From contig CM119263.1 of assembly GCA_051294375.1 (NCBI GenBank), positions 12,813,723 through 12,877,722 on the forward strand: a stretch of DNA of 64,000 nt, given 5' to 3'. Within the stretch, counting starts at the first letter, position 1; each line of letters begins with the position of its first letter. Positions 12,656 through 25,229 of the stretch are shown here, one piece after another. The notes beneath the pieces are model-generated. The model worked only from the letters and a program-made list of their open reading frames with translations. It was not told where the DNA came from and searched no databases. This DNA comes from Paraspadella gotoi (Eukaryota; Animalia; Chaetognatha). The position numbers were made by a program, and so were the translations under genes.

Positions 12656-13150
12656 AATATGTAACAAACGTCAAACAAAAAAATAAATATAAAAAGGTTT
12701 TAAAAATTTTATATGCCAAAGAGAATAAATGAAAAGCGTTGATTAATAGATACCTTCTCGTTTTCCAATGCTTAATTCCCCAAAGGAAACAAAGGCGTAA
12801 TTGAAAAGTTGTGCCAAGTCGAAATGACAATATTGCCTCTTTTCCTGTGCAGAGAAGCGCAAATATAAAGATTATACAGTAAAAGCGGCTGAAAAGGAAA
12901 AAAAATAATATGAACGAGACAGGAAGAAAAGTTGGGCGCGCTTCAATCTAAAAGAGTTTATACCCCGCCATCTTTTGAGACCGTTTGCGTGAATGGAGCT
13001 CGGTTATGGGAAACCAATAGAAGGAGGAAAGAGGAAAGAGACAAAAAGAGAAAAAAAAAAGGAAAAAAATAGAGTGGGATCGGGAACAAAAAAAAAAGAT
13101 GGTGTAGCGAATATTTGCAGTGTCTGTGTGTGAGAGCAGAGAAAATAGAA

Positions 13151-13208
<58 letters not shown>

Positions 13209-14140
13209 GGAATATTATGAAAAAAGGGAAGACTAGAATTAATGGTTGAATAAGCTCAGTATTCGATGATTTTCGAAGAAGAAAGAAGAAACAATGATTG
13301 CTTTTATATGGAAACTAAAACAAAAACAATAAAACAAAGTCAGTAGACGATTGAGACGAAGATGGCAAATGAAACGACGACAAAAACGGCGATTGAAACA
13401 TCGACGATGGCAAGCCACAAAGGAGACGACAATGGCAACTACGTAGTCCACGACGATGGCAACGACAAAGGCTTCAAAGTTGGGGACGATTGAGACGATG
13501 TCGACGACGGCGACGATAGCGACGATGTCGACAACAGCGACGATAGCGACGATGGCGAAAATAACGACGATGTCGACGACGGCGACGATGTCGACGATGA
13601 AAACGTTGACGACGATGCCGATGATAGGAACGACGTCGAGGGCGCCACTTGTCAAAATCAGGGGGAAAAATCGCGGATTTTGCTGACGCTTCCTTGGGTT
13701 GGTCGTCTTTGATTGTGACTCGCCTGGGGAATGTAAAGAAGAGAAGGAGAATCCGTTAAGTCTGAGTGTGAGATTGAGGATGAGGGGAGAAAAGTGTTCG
13801 AGTGAAGCAAAGTGAGTAACTCGGGTGGTGAGAAAACCAGAAACTATCGCAAACCAGCGAGGAGGTTACGTAACAAAAAGAATATCGGACGGAGGAGAAC
13901 GGATTATGGGTCAATGACTGAAGAGAACAAAAAAAATCGGGGAGAGAGGTTCTCGCGATTATGTCGGAGATAATGACGCAATTTTCAATACGAATTAAGC
14001 AAGTGCGAAATAAAGCGAGTTTGTGCCGAAAAATCTACCAAAATTTATTATATTATGTAGATAAATTGTGAAGAAAATTAGTGCTAAAGAGATAACGAAA
14101 AATAATGGCCCAGAGATACAACTGAGGCGAGGAAAAGAGA

Positions 14141-14202
<62 letters not shown>

Positions 14203-15112
14203 AAGAGGGGTGAGTAACGAAAACAAAACAAAACAAAACCCCGTCATTCTCTGTTTCGCAATGACCCTCCGCTGAGAACAAAATCGATTTTTTTTTCTTT
14301 TCCTAATCAGCTTCATTTTTTTTTCTTTTTTTCCTCTTCTGTCTTGACCTTGACGTCGGAATGACTCGAGTTCGATTGACTTTTGATTTCCGGAAAAAGA
14401 AAAAAAAATTGTCAAAAGGACCAAATATTTCTTTGAAAAAAAAAAACTCGGTTAGCTTTACAAAATATGTACAATAAAAACTGGGAAATAAATACACAAG
14501 TCGCCGATATGAAAAAAAGAACGAATTTAAAAAAAGTTTGAAGTAAAAAAAGGAAAGGATTTTCGATTAAGATTAACTGAAAAACATTTTAAATTCATGT
14601 TTTCTTTCACAATATTTTGTCTTCTTTATCTCTTTTCCTCCTCTCTGATTTTTTAGATTTATGTAAGTTTTTCTTGGCTTTTCTTTTCTTTCTTTTTTTT
14701 CATTTTTTTCCTTCCTTATTTTTTTTTTTAATTTTTGCTGACTTTGGTAAATTATCAAAAAAGTTTCGGTTAATGTAGTAAGTTTTCTTTCCGACAGCAT
14801 TCTTATTTTTAAATTTGAAAATAAAAATGTGAGGCGGCTTTGCAACCGCTTTAACCATAATTGCATGTTTATCTCACAATAATGATTGAAATTTAATTTG
14901 CTGTAATTCTCATGGTTATCTTTTCTTTCCGACACCATAGACTTTTCTCTCCCCCTTTTCCTTTTTTTATCATCAGCTTTTTTCCTTTTTTATTTATTTT
15001 TTGTCAGGCATCCTTTGGCGAAACCATCTCATTCTTTCTTTTTTTTTTCCCTCTCCGAATTCTCGACCCAACTTCTCTCTCTTACTGCACTTCTCTCTCC
15101 CGACTTTATTTC

Positions 15113-15161
<49 letters not shown>

Positions 15162-15508
15162 TCTCAACCTCCTCCAATCTCTCTCGTCTTCTTTCCTTCC
15201 TCCCCGATCTTATAATATCTTCTTCCTGTCATGCTTCCCTGGCTCGGGGTCTCGGCGCGACCGGGAGACCCCAGATTGAGGTCTACTGTTTGTTCAGCCC
15301 CATTTTCTCTTTCATCAAAACTATTTTCTTTTCTCTCGCTTTTCGCTTTTCCTTCCTTCGTCTTCCTTTCTCTCTCTCTTCAATCGGGACGAGACAAATA
15401 AAAGCAGACTACCACTCTACGCTTTGACAATTATTTTTGTAAAATGTTAAACAAAAAATGATTATTTGGTTTTAATTGTGTAGTGTGTAAGAGTTAAATG
15501 AAAAAGCT

Positions 15509-15547
15509 TGTGGCGACCAACTGGATCCGCGTAATTCGAAGATGCGG
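15509..15547 (-). mobile_element. Orphan end of the Gypsy LTR, cut by the 100-N gap
   Basis: TGTGGCGACCAACTGGATCCGCGTAATTCGAAGATGCGG is identical to the first 39 nt of the LTRs at 31060 and 36303. It is preceded by AGCT. Confidence 0.95.
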
Positions 15548-15709
15548 NNNNNNNNNNNNNNNNNNNNNNNNNNNNNNNNNNNNNNNNNNNNNNNNNNNNN
15601 NNNNNNNNNNNNNNNNNNNNNNNNNNNNNNNNNNNNNNNNNNNNNNNTAATTAATCAATAATTAATTAATTAGTCAATCAATCCGTCTTTCCGTCCATCT
15701 TAGCAAAAA

Positions 15710-16318
15710 TAGGGGTAGCCGCACTCAATGGGGTGAGTCACAAATTTAGAGCGAGTACATGCTCAAACGAATATTTAGACATTTAGAATACTTTCAATGG
15801 ACAAAAAATTTCTAATATGGCTCTATACCCTAGTAATTAATTTTTTAATATTTATTTATAAATAAGAAAGGCCAAAAATTTTTTTTAGAATTTTTTTATT
15901 TTAAGACCAGATTCAGATAGCTCATAAAAAGTTGTCTACACAAAGTATGATTCTTTTTTAAATATTTTTACGATAAGTGTGTCAAAAATAAGAAAAACCG
16001 TAAAAAATCATCATCATCATCATCTTTTAATGATTTTATCAGTTTTTTTATATTTTCACTGAGAAAACGTAAGAATTTTTAAAAGCAGTAATTATATTTC
16101 TTGTTTAACTTTTTATGCTCTATCAGAATCCATCAAAAAATTTTAAGATTTAAAAAAAAAATTTTTTGCTCTATATAGTATATAATATTTTTAATTAGGC
16201 TAGTACCCTCAGAAGAAAGCATATTTGAAAAAAAATATTTTAATACCATAATCTATGGTCATGATAGATTATTTTAACGCTGTATACATTAGCATTTAAA
16301 TTTCATCGGCTATGGCTA
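15710..16318. mobile_element. MITE with long imperfect inverted arms and a 7-8-bp target duplication
   Basis: Ends TAGGGGTAGCCG and CGGCTATGGCTA; (A)GCAAAAA on both sides; internal inverted pair GATTCAGATAGCTCATAAAAAGTT / AACTTTTTATGCTCTATCAGAATC. Removing it restores colinearity with the homologous copy near 21280-21330. Confidence 0.7.
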
Positions 16319-16774
16319 GCAAAAAGCTCCAATAACTCGTGATTGGCTGGTTGGATTGGAATGAAATTTTGTGTGTGGGTAGGACAGTGTGAGCTGAAGC
16401 TGGATATAAAGTTTCGATGGAATCGTGCGAGTGGAAATGAGTTTAAATGGAAAAAACATAAGTTGCATTTACATAAATATTTTTTACTTATTTTAACCAA
16501 TAAATACTCTATTTAATCATAATTGGATGGATATTTTGAGTTAAAATTTTGTGTGTGGGTAGGAAGGTGTGTGACGAAGCTTGATACAAAGTTTCGGTGG
16601 AAACGTATGAGTAGAAATGAGTTTAAAATAAAAAAATATGAGTCACATTTACTTGAATTTTAATACAAATAAAAATAAAATCGTTAACAACCTATGATTG
16701 AAAATTTCCAATTGTAAACCATTGTAACCTTTTTTGTCTTTCTTTTATTTACTTTTTAATTATATATATATTTT

Positions 16775-17022
16775 TTTCAGGCGCTGCCTTTTCTGAATCG
16801 TTTTAAAACGAGTTCAGTCTCTCTCAGTCTCTGTCTGTCTCTCTCGTGTGCGTCTGTCTCTTTCTGTACGATCTCTTGCGTGATCGTTCATTTTTTGAAA
16901 AATTCTGATTATTTTTTTCTTTCTAAAAAAAATATATATTTGATCAGGCGCTGCCTTTTCTGAATCGTTTAAAAACGAGTTCAGGCTCTCTCTTTCTCTC
17001 TCCCTCCGTCTCCCTCCGTCTC

Positions 17023-17057
<35 letters not shown>

Positions 17058-17120
17058 AAAAAAAAAAATTATTCATTTTTTTTTTCACCACCGTCACAAG
17101 GCGACGAGTAAACGAGTTCC

Positions 17121-17158
<38 letters not shown>

Positions 17159-17392
17159 TTTTTTTTACAAAAATAATTTTGTAGTCACTTTTTTTTTCAC
17201 CACCGTCACTGGGCGACAAGTAAACGATTAAACGAGTTCCGGCTCTCTCTTTCTCTCTCTCTCTCTTTTCTCTCTCTCTCTCTTTCTCTCTCTCTCTATC
17301 TTCTCTCTCTCTTCTCTATCTCTTTTTTTTACAATTTTTTTTTCACCACCGTCACTAGGCGACGAGTAAACGACGTAAACGAGTTCCGCTCT
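16775..17392. repeat. Microsatellite-spaced tandem units: 2x CAGGCGCTGCCTTTTCTGAATCG and 3x CACCACCGTCAC..GGCGAC.AGTAAACG
   Basis: Copies near 16778 and 16945, and near 17085, 17198 and 17344. All end in AAACGAGTTC followed by CT-rich sequence. Confidence 0.8.
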
Positions 17393-17504
17393 TGCATCGT
17401 CTTTTCAGCTTCTTTCTCTCTCTCTCTCTCTAACCCTTCACCAAATTTCACTTCTTTTCACCACTTATTCAATCTAGCTAACCATTATTCACAACTGTCA
17501 ATAA

Positions 17505-17548
17505 GCGCTGATGAAGACTCGAAAATCTCAGAGTCGAAACATGTCTGC
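17505..17548 (+). ncRNA. Minimal type I hammerhead ribozyme
   Basis: GCG-CTGATGA-A-GACTC[GAAAATCTCA]GAGTC-GAAA-CATG-TC-TGC. Upstream CACCAAATTTCACTTCTTTTCA..ACTTATTC is shared with the inverted arm near 29520. Confidence 0.9.
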
Positions 17549-18212
17549 ATTTCTAATAATAAAATTGTTGCAACAATTCAAAAATTCTTTGTAAATACTA
17601 ATCATATTGATGGAGACGGAATCGTTATTATAATTAGAATATTTGTTTATTTATATCTTTTCCAAAAAAATATAAATTTTAAGAGTTAATAACTGTATGT
17701 ACAAATAAATATTACTGTTGAGATAAGACAATGCAGATTTTAATTTATTTGCCAATATTTCAATTTATATTGAGAAATCATTTGTCCTTTAATCTCATTT
17801 GCATATTGTAGTGCGGTTAAACTTTAAAACGTAAATATTCAATAATACGCTTTACATTTAAAAAAAAATAACTTCATATACATATTTAAGTACATGGAAG
17901 GTACAGGAATCACAGACAGGCAAGGCCTAACTCGGAAATCGATCCGGCCTATTGATTATGCTTCTTTTTCTTTTTATTTTAAATGTAAAATAAATGCAAG
18001 ATGTATTAATTAATCAAATAATTAATCAGTTAATTAATCAATTAGTCAATTAATTAATCAATAACTAATCAGTCAATTAATTAATCAAAACAAACATTTT
18101 GGATCTAATTAATTAACTTAAATTAATTAATTAATAATTAAATAATTATCGATAATGATCGTGGGCAGATCCGACATTGTTTGCTCAAGCTTTTTTATAT
18201 ATTTTTATATAA

Positions 18213-18461
18213 TTTATATTTGTACACGATCTTGTTTTGCCCGACAATGTTACAGACAACAGCTTTGTTCCAACAGACATGGAATCTGTAGACGATCTGT
18301 CAGAGAAACACTTGCTTGACCCAACCGAGATATTATACATATTGGTAGCCGTAATTGTTTTCATGCTTTTGACATTTGTTATCGCCATTGCATTGTGTTG
18401 CGACATCAAATGTATTAAACCACTGCGTGTGAGAGCTGGAGCTGTACTCCCGGAGGCTTAG
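18213..18461 (+). CDS. C-terminal fragment of a single-pass membrane protein (TM helix + Cys-Cys + short basic tail)
   Basis: Stop-to-stop frame ...PDNVTDNSFVPTDMESVDDLSEKHLLDPTE-ILYILVAVIVFMLLTFVIAIAL-CCDIKCIKPLRVRAGAVLPEA*. High-complexity sequence inside AT-rich DNA; the only ATG upstream of the helix is the internal MESVDD, and there is no clear splice acceptor. Confidence 0.4.
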   Translation, partial: FIFVHDLVLPDNVTDNSFVPTDMESVDDLSEKHLLDPTEILYILVAVIVFMLLTFVIAIALCCDIKCIKPLRVRAGAVLPEA

Positions 18462-19140
18462 AGCGTCGGGAGCCATGTAGTTTGAAGTGACATTTGTTTA
18501 GACTTACCTTTAGAGCCCCTCAGTCAGTGATAGTGCCCTCTGTGGGTAGTGGGCACGAAACTTACCCCATGTGGTAAGTTAGAAACCAGATTTTGGACGC
18601 CACGCTATGAAGCCCCCTCCTCCCTTTGTTCTCTCTGGGCTTCCTCTCTACCTCGTGCTCTCCTCTCTCTTTCCCTCTCTACCCTCTGCTCCTGCCTCTC
18701 ACGCGGTATTAGATTCTAACTCATGCTTCCATTTTTTAACATCAATCTGTATAATTAAAAGGTAAATACCCAAGCGTAATTCGGTCATGTATTAATTAAA
18801 CTATAAGGGGCAGTCAGAATTAGCGAAAATAATAAAAAGCAATCATGTTGAAAAAGAAGGGGGCAATTTTGATACTTTTTTAAAGTTTTCTCCGCGATAA
18901 GAGGTTCAATTAAAACTAAACTTAGGATTTACAATATTGACGTCATTCCACTTCTTCGGATCTGAGAATATACATCATCTACATCTATTTTTTACCACAA
19001 TTTTTCCCAGGGGCATTTATAAAGTTTGGTAGTCAGATTTGAACAAAAAACTTTATTGAAAAAAAAATCTTTCACTTATAAGAGCGACGTAGATTGCTAA
19101 TCTAAGTGACTTACCGACAAGATTTAGGGGTAGGTAGGTG

Positions 19141-19245
19141 GGTTGAAAAAATAATGCAAGTTGAAAAAATGGTGCAGGTTGAAAAAATAATGCCAGTTGA
19201 AAAAAATGATGCAAATTGAAAAAATAATAATAGTTAAAAAAATTA
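19141..19245. repeat. ~19-bp minisatellite GTTGAAAAAATAATGCAA
   Basis: About five degenerate copies; resembles the array at 30833-31059. Confidence 0.75.
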
Positions 19246-19347
19246 TCTGTTTGTACAGTTCAGTTTAATCCCTTGCAAGCGATTTACATGTATTGGCGCA
19301 GCCATTGGTTTGGTATGGTACGATCTGTTATGATAAGTTAGGATCAC

Positions 19348-19414
19348 ATCTGATTAGCTGATTACCGCTTAATTATTGTAAGCAGATCCGACATTGTTTG
19401 CTCAAACTTGTTTT
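19348..19414 (+). mobile_element. 3' end of another DINE-1/Helentron-like copy
   Basis: ATCTGATTAGCTGATTACCGCT...GCAGATCCGACATTGTTTGCTCAAACTTGTTTT is the reverse complement of 20456-20522. Confidence 0.7.
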
Positions 19415-20455
19415 ACTAGAAAACCTCTTAGAAGCATGCGAGAGAGGTAATAAAAAGCAAATTTTTACTATTTTAGATTGAATGAAAATTGAAAATTGAA
19501 AAAAAAAGACAAAACACAAAAAGGAAGACAGCGAAGGAAAAAGAGAAGGAATTTCTCTATTTGCTAACAGAAACTCAGATTTCAGTATAAAAAAATTAGC
19601 AGGATTCAAGAGAGAGGAGGGAGGGAAGGGAGAGAGAGAGAGAGAGCGAGTGGAAAAATGTTGGAAATTTAAGAATGAAATTAAGATGAAGAGAAAGATA
19701 AAGTATTTATGTATGGACTTTCTTTTATGTATGCATTTCTCGATAATTACTCGACAATATTTCATTTCAAATTAACTTTCATTTTTTAGATTAAAAAAAA
19801 GAATTTTAATGATAGATATGCCTATGTATCCCCTCAGGTTATCAATAGAATTTTTGAATAGCCGATGGTGAGCTCTTTTTGATTCCTAATATCAATGATT
19901 AATTTTTTGGCCTTATTTTCCTAGAACATCCCATTTTATGATGAATACGAAATTAAGTTAATTTTTTAAGTTAACGATTAGGGTTAAGGATTAGGTTAGT
20001 GATTAAGGTTAGGAATTTGTGTTTGTAAGATATCAGGGTTTAGGGTTCGGTTCTGGATTAGATTAGGGTTATGGGTAAAGGATTGGGTTTTAGGTTTTAA
20101 ATATGTTTATGTTAAATATCAAGGTTAAAATTAATTTCTGGATTGAATAACAGAAATAAGAACCAATCAAGTCTCCTATTAGCAGGGAATTTCGCTCCGA
20201 AGAAAATGTTTTTGGTTTAATATTTTTCTTAACAATATCATTAATGTTTAACTTTTTAGCAGGAGTCTGGATGTTTTTTTTTTTTGAAAGAAAAATAAAC
20301 AAAAAAAGTAAGGAATTGAATTTTGGCGCCGATCCCAAAAAAGGGGCTTTAAATTGGCCCCTGGATGCTAATCTTTATCCTTTTCTCACTAAAGATAGAA
20401 AAAGGAAATAAAGGTTTCGCGCATTGGAGAGAAAACGTCGGAGGCAGATTTTTGT

Positions 20456-21484
20456 AAAACAAGTTTGAGCAAACAATGTCGGATCTGCCCACGATAATTT
20501 AGCGGTAAGCAGCTTATCAGATGATTAATTATAACGAATTTTATCTTTTTTAAAAAAATATTTTATTTTATATTTATTTTTTATTGTTATTTTTTATTTA
20601 AGATCATCAATTCAATATTATTAATTCATAATTCACAATTCATGAATTTCAGATTGTGAAATAATTTTTTTTAATTTCCAATTTTTAATTCCAAATCTAT
20701 AATTAAGTTAATTCAGTTCACGATCGTCAATTCATGATCAATGATCATCAATTTAAGATGTAGGAATGCAACATTTGTTAATTGATCAATGATGAGAGAA
20801 CAAGAGCAAGAGAGAGAGAGATGGCAAATCACAACAGATTTCTTAATAAATCAATAAAGGAATATATCAATCAATCCTTCAATCAACTGATCAATCAGCC
20901 AATCAATCATTTTAACTAAGACAGGGAGAGAAAGAAACTTTAATATTGAAAAAAAATGTAAATAAATGTGAACATTGTTTTTTTCCATTTAAACTCTTTT
21001 CCACTTGCACGATTCCATCGAAACTTTACATCCAGCTCAATCATACACTTTCCTATCCAAATTTCATCTCAATCCATCTATCCAATTATAAATGATTGGA
21101 ATAGTTAGTTATGAGTAAATATAAGTAAACGAATTCAAATAAATATGACTTTTATTTTTTCATTTAAACTCATTTCCACTCGTACAATTCCATCAAAACT
21201 TTTATGCAGCCCGATCATACAGTTTCCTACCCGCACACAAAATTTCATGTCAATCCATCCATATAATTATGAGTAATTGGAGTTTTTTGCTAAGGGGAGA
21301 TGGACGGACGGAAAGACAGCAGATGGACGGATGTACGTTTATCTTTTTTTTTGCATAATTTATCATAATTTGATGTTCTGACATGATCTAAGTGAATGTC
21401 CGACAAGATTTTAGGGGGTGGACCGACGGACCAACAAAGTGGATTATAGAGTCGGAATCTGCGTTAAGCAGATCCGACTAAAAA
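20456..21484 (-). mobile_element. Complete non-autonomous Helentron/DINE-1-like element
   Basis: On the minus strand: T-run, 5' subTIR hairpin AGTCGGATCTGC-TTAAC-GCAGATTCCGACT, GTCC-type microsatellite, two ~180-bp central repeats, 3' subTIR GCAGATCCGAC, short GTTTG-CT-CAAAC hairpin, TTGTTTT. This is the DINE-1/pearl architecture. Confidence 0.8.
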
Positions 21485-21624
21485 CTGTTTGTTTAAATCG
21501 CTTATAAACGAAATTTCAAGCATCTTTTTTAAAATTTAAAATCATTTCCTATTTCATTTCCATTTTAAATGTTTTTCATAAATAGGCGGAAACTGAATAA
21601 TTCACCTAGATCTATATTATTTAT

Positions 21625-22072
21625 TAGATAGGCAAGTGACCTGGTCGTTTAAAATGTTATTTTAAATATTTTTACATTTACTGATAGGAAATGATGTCAA
21701 TATGGTTAATGTAACATTTCAAATCAATCGATCCACGCATTAAAAAATAATCTACAAAATATGGTCATTTTCCACACCCAATTTTTAAAACAAATCTGCG
21801 TTTGTTAAATTTTCTTTTTGGTTCCACTTAAATTTTTAGCTTCGGCCGAGTGACTTAATTGGTAATAAAAAAATTGATTTTCTTTGACATCTTTTGAACC
21901 AAAAATGATAGAACGATGAGATTGGTATCACATTAAAGCTATAATTATGGGGCATCTTTTCCATATAAATTTTCTCAAATGTTTCAAAGGATTTTTTAAA
22001 AATCTTGATCGGAATCTTAGTCAAAAGTATAACAACTTTTGAAATTCAATTAGACACACTTGGCCTTATCTA
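21625..22072. mobile_element. Possible old MITE
   Basis: Ends TAGATAGGCAAGTG and CACTTGGCCTTATCTA form an imperfect ~15-bp inverted repeat; no further support. Confidence 0.3.
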
Positions 22073-22168
22073 AAAAAATAAATAAATATAGATTCTGAAA
22101 GAGAAAAGATTGAATTATGTTTCTGATATAAACAAAAATTTTATATACCTCAAATGTTTATTTAATTA

Positions 22169-22722
22169 CATGGTGACAATTTTACAAGCGCCGGTAGAAA
22201 TACGCTGTCATTTGCAAACCAGTGGTTATTTCATTGATTTTAAAAATTTTTAAAAAAATATTTAAGATAGCCAATCACAATTTGATAAAAATTATAAATT
22301 TACTCTCCAGCTATTTATTTTTAAAAAGATGTCTCGTTTTTGAATATCCTAATTAAATTAAAGCTGGGCCAGTTAAATTTTATACTACAGTATTTGTAAG
22401 TGTATAAATCTCTTCATATTTTTAAGGGCTTTCTGAGGATTTTAATATTGTTGTTACTTTAATAAATACTTTGTTTAAAAAAGTGCTAAAATTTCCCAAA
22501 AAAAATTGAATTTAAAAACAGTGAGTTGGAAAATGAAACCCGATTTGAGAAGCCAACTTTCTCCACTCATTGTCAAGGCAAATCTTAACTGATCAATATA
22601 AAATTTTAACACATAAATAGTTTTAGTATTTTCTACTCAACTAAATTTTAAAATCACTGAAATAACCACTGGTTTGAAAATGACAGCATATTTCTACCGG
22701 CGCTTGTAAAATTGTCACCATG
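22169..22722. mobile_element. Tc1/mariner-type MITE
   Basis: ~80-bp TIRs starting CATGGTGACAATTTTACAAGCGCCGGTAGAAATA; TA on both sides (22167-22168 and 22723-22724). Confidence 0.92.
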
Positions 22723-23755
22723 TACTAAGGATAATGAATTAAAAAAACATATTATTTAAAAATGAAAATTTAAAAGTTCAAACTTTGTTCCGGCTGATTT
22801 AAAAACTACTGACATAGAGCTAAAAGACTGTATTATCATATTTTTAAATTTTGGTCATCTTCAGGTGCAAATTAAAACCTTTGCATAAGACCCATTAGCT
22901 ATGCTAATATAAACAAAATTATTAAATAAAGTAATAAACCATTACAATCTTTTAATAACACGCTAATGCATGTAGCTTAGAGCGTTGAAAAATAACAAAA
23001 TATAACAAATCAAGTGAGGTACATAGCTATTTTAGTGTAATGTAGTCTGTAGAATTCGACGGTGATGACCATTTTTTTGTATAATTTTATCTTTCTTGTC
23101 GGAAATGGCGGTTTTTAATGTTTATAAAATTGTTATAAAATAGCAAAACCATTATAAGTTATGATAAATCAAATTATTAAAATTTTTAAAAAATTATATG
23201 AGCTTTTAAAATATAAAAATAAAGACTTATAAAAATATTTTGGTAAGTTTATTTTTAAATTTTATGTTTTATAAAAAGTTAGTTAACTATATTTATTAAT
23301 AATTATGAGTAAAAATTGGGCTAAAGTTAAAAAATAACAATTTATGGTTAAATGTATGGTTAAATTGTTGTTTTCATTTTTTATTATAATACAAGGCTTT
23401 TATCAATAAAGGGGTAAATTACAAAGAAAATGAGGTATTTCAAGGCTCCATATTGATACTATTGAAGACGCTGTCTCAAGCAGATCAGCGACAAGGGAAA
23501 AAAAGTCCGCCTCAGCGCTCATTGGCCGAGCCGGTGAAAACAGACGAATCAAGAAACGCAAGAAAATAGCAGACTCAAAGATTTTGAATTCCTTGAAAAT
23601 TGATACGTTTTTCGCCGTCACTTCTTGTAAAGTCTTTTTATGTACAATTAATATCATTGTATTTCTAGAATCTACATAATTGTACCTTTCGTTTGATGTA
23701 TATTTCGTCATGGTTGATTGCATTTATTAATTCTTAATTGCATTTTTGTACGTTT

Positions 23756-24623
23756 AAACAAACAACCGGATCAAGCGTAAGGGTAAAATTTACCATTGCT
23801 TTCGATCAGGTCCGATCGCGAGATATTTAAACAATGTAATTTTTTCCAATTGTTGCTCGTAATTATCAAACGATGATAAACTCTACGTTATGCCAAAAAG
23901 TGCCCCTTTACTATGATTATTAGTGGCAGTGATTTATATCAAGGAATTTAGCAAAAAAACCACTTTTTTCAATATTGTTAGAATATTACCAACAAAAATG
24001 ATTAAATTTTATCTCTAAGACAAAGTTGGCTAGACTACGGATTAATTGAAATCCTCTGCTGCATTTTCTAATTAAGAATCAATATCATTTTTGCTACTTT
24101 TAATAAAATTAATAAAATTAAAATATAGCTTCTCATTAAAAAGGTCTTTTGATTTCACATGTTTTTTATTAATTCAAATATTTTTTTATGAACTTCATCT
24201 TCAATTTACTGCAATATGTAAATTAGATTAAAGCATTTCTATATAATAATTTGGATATTATATTGAGTACTATAATCTCATTTTCATAATGCAGTAAATC
24301 ATAATGAAGAGGAAATTCAAACAAAAAATACTTAAATCCAAATGTAATATGAAAATTTCAAAGCTATATCAAGATGAGAAGCCATATCTAAATTTTTAAC
24401 TTACTATGATCGCACACTTTTATAAAACTTCATCGTAATTCATAATAATTTTTATTTAAAAAAAACGGTAAGTCCCAGCCAAAACTATAAAAGCGCAGTA
24501 GTTTTTATACAAAAAAGCGTGACGACAACGACAACGACAACGACGACGACTACTATGTCACAAAGAAGCTCACCAGAAACAATATCGAGCATGAACCGGC
24601 TTCGCCGGTAGGCTTGATAAAAA
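23756..24623 (-). mobile_element. Second family of Helentron/Helitron-like non-autonomous element
   Basis: The minus strand starts TTTTATCAAGCCT, then hairpin ACCGGC-GAA-GCCGGT and a (GTCGTT)n microsatellite. Candidate opposite subTIR ATCAAGC near 23770; the left boundary is tentative. Confidence 0.4.
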
Positions 24624-25229
24624 GTTAAGATTGATTAAAATTTTTTTATCATTTTATAGTAATATTGTAATTTTGATAGCAATAATAAAGGAATTAAAAT
24701 CGATCTTTATTTAAAAATTTTTTTTTTACCTAAAAGTAGACTTGAAGACTAAAGTTTTTCACCCCCGCCCCTATTGAATGTAATTTCATAGTAGATTTCT
24801 ACCCAGGGCTTTGGGGCCGTGTTCACGAGATGCAGTTCACCTTTCTCTCTCTTGTCCTGTAAGTTTCTCCCGTTTTTACCCTCATGATTTTGTCGCCGTA
24901 TAGATTTTCCTGACGTCCGCATTCTCGTGACTTTACTTCCTGTCAGGATACCTTTTCAGAGTGACGCCCAATTGTGTTGAACATCTAGCCACAAAAAAAC
25001 CCCAGGATGTGCTCCACCGACTGATTTAGAAAACTGGAGAAACAAAAAATAAAAAGACCGAAAATGAAGAAAAAAAGGAAAATAATCTGAAAACTGAAAT
25101 CTGAACCGGAAGTGGTTCGACGCAAAAACTGGCCTGGAAAATCCATAAAAAGCATTCGGGAAAATTTTTTATTGTGATATTCGTTTTCTCCAGTAAATTT
25201 GGCACAAGAAACTTTGCAGGTATCAGGAA

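Larger units (their letters stand above)
15648..18196 (+). mobile_element. Non-autonomous Helentron/DINE-1-like element (5' end lost in gap) with nested insertions
   Basis: GTCC-type microsatellite at 15681-15700, two ~180-bp central repeats (16330-16650), and a 3' subTIR GCAGATCCGAC + TTTGCTCAAG + T-run at 18165-18196. All are homologous to the complete copy at 20456-21484. That the parts form one element is inferred. Confidence 0.55.

Noticed and set aside
13239-13722. Protamine-like (RRCCRHRRYRRR), Ser-rich, Thr-rich or hydrophobic ORFs
   Set aside because: Degenerate (GAC/GAT)n repeat that is open in most frames; similar tracts occur at 41470-41580 and 58670-58720. No frame can be favoured.
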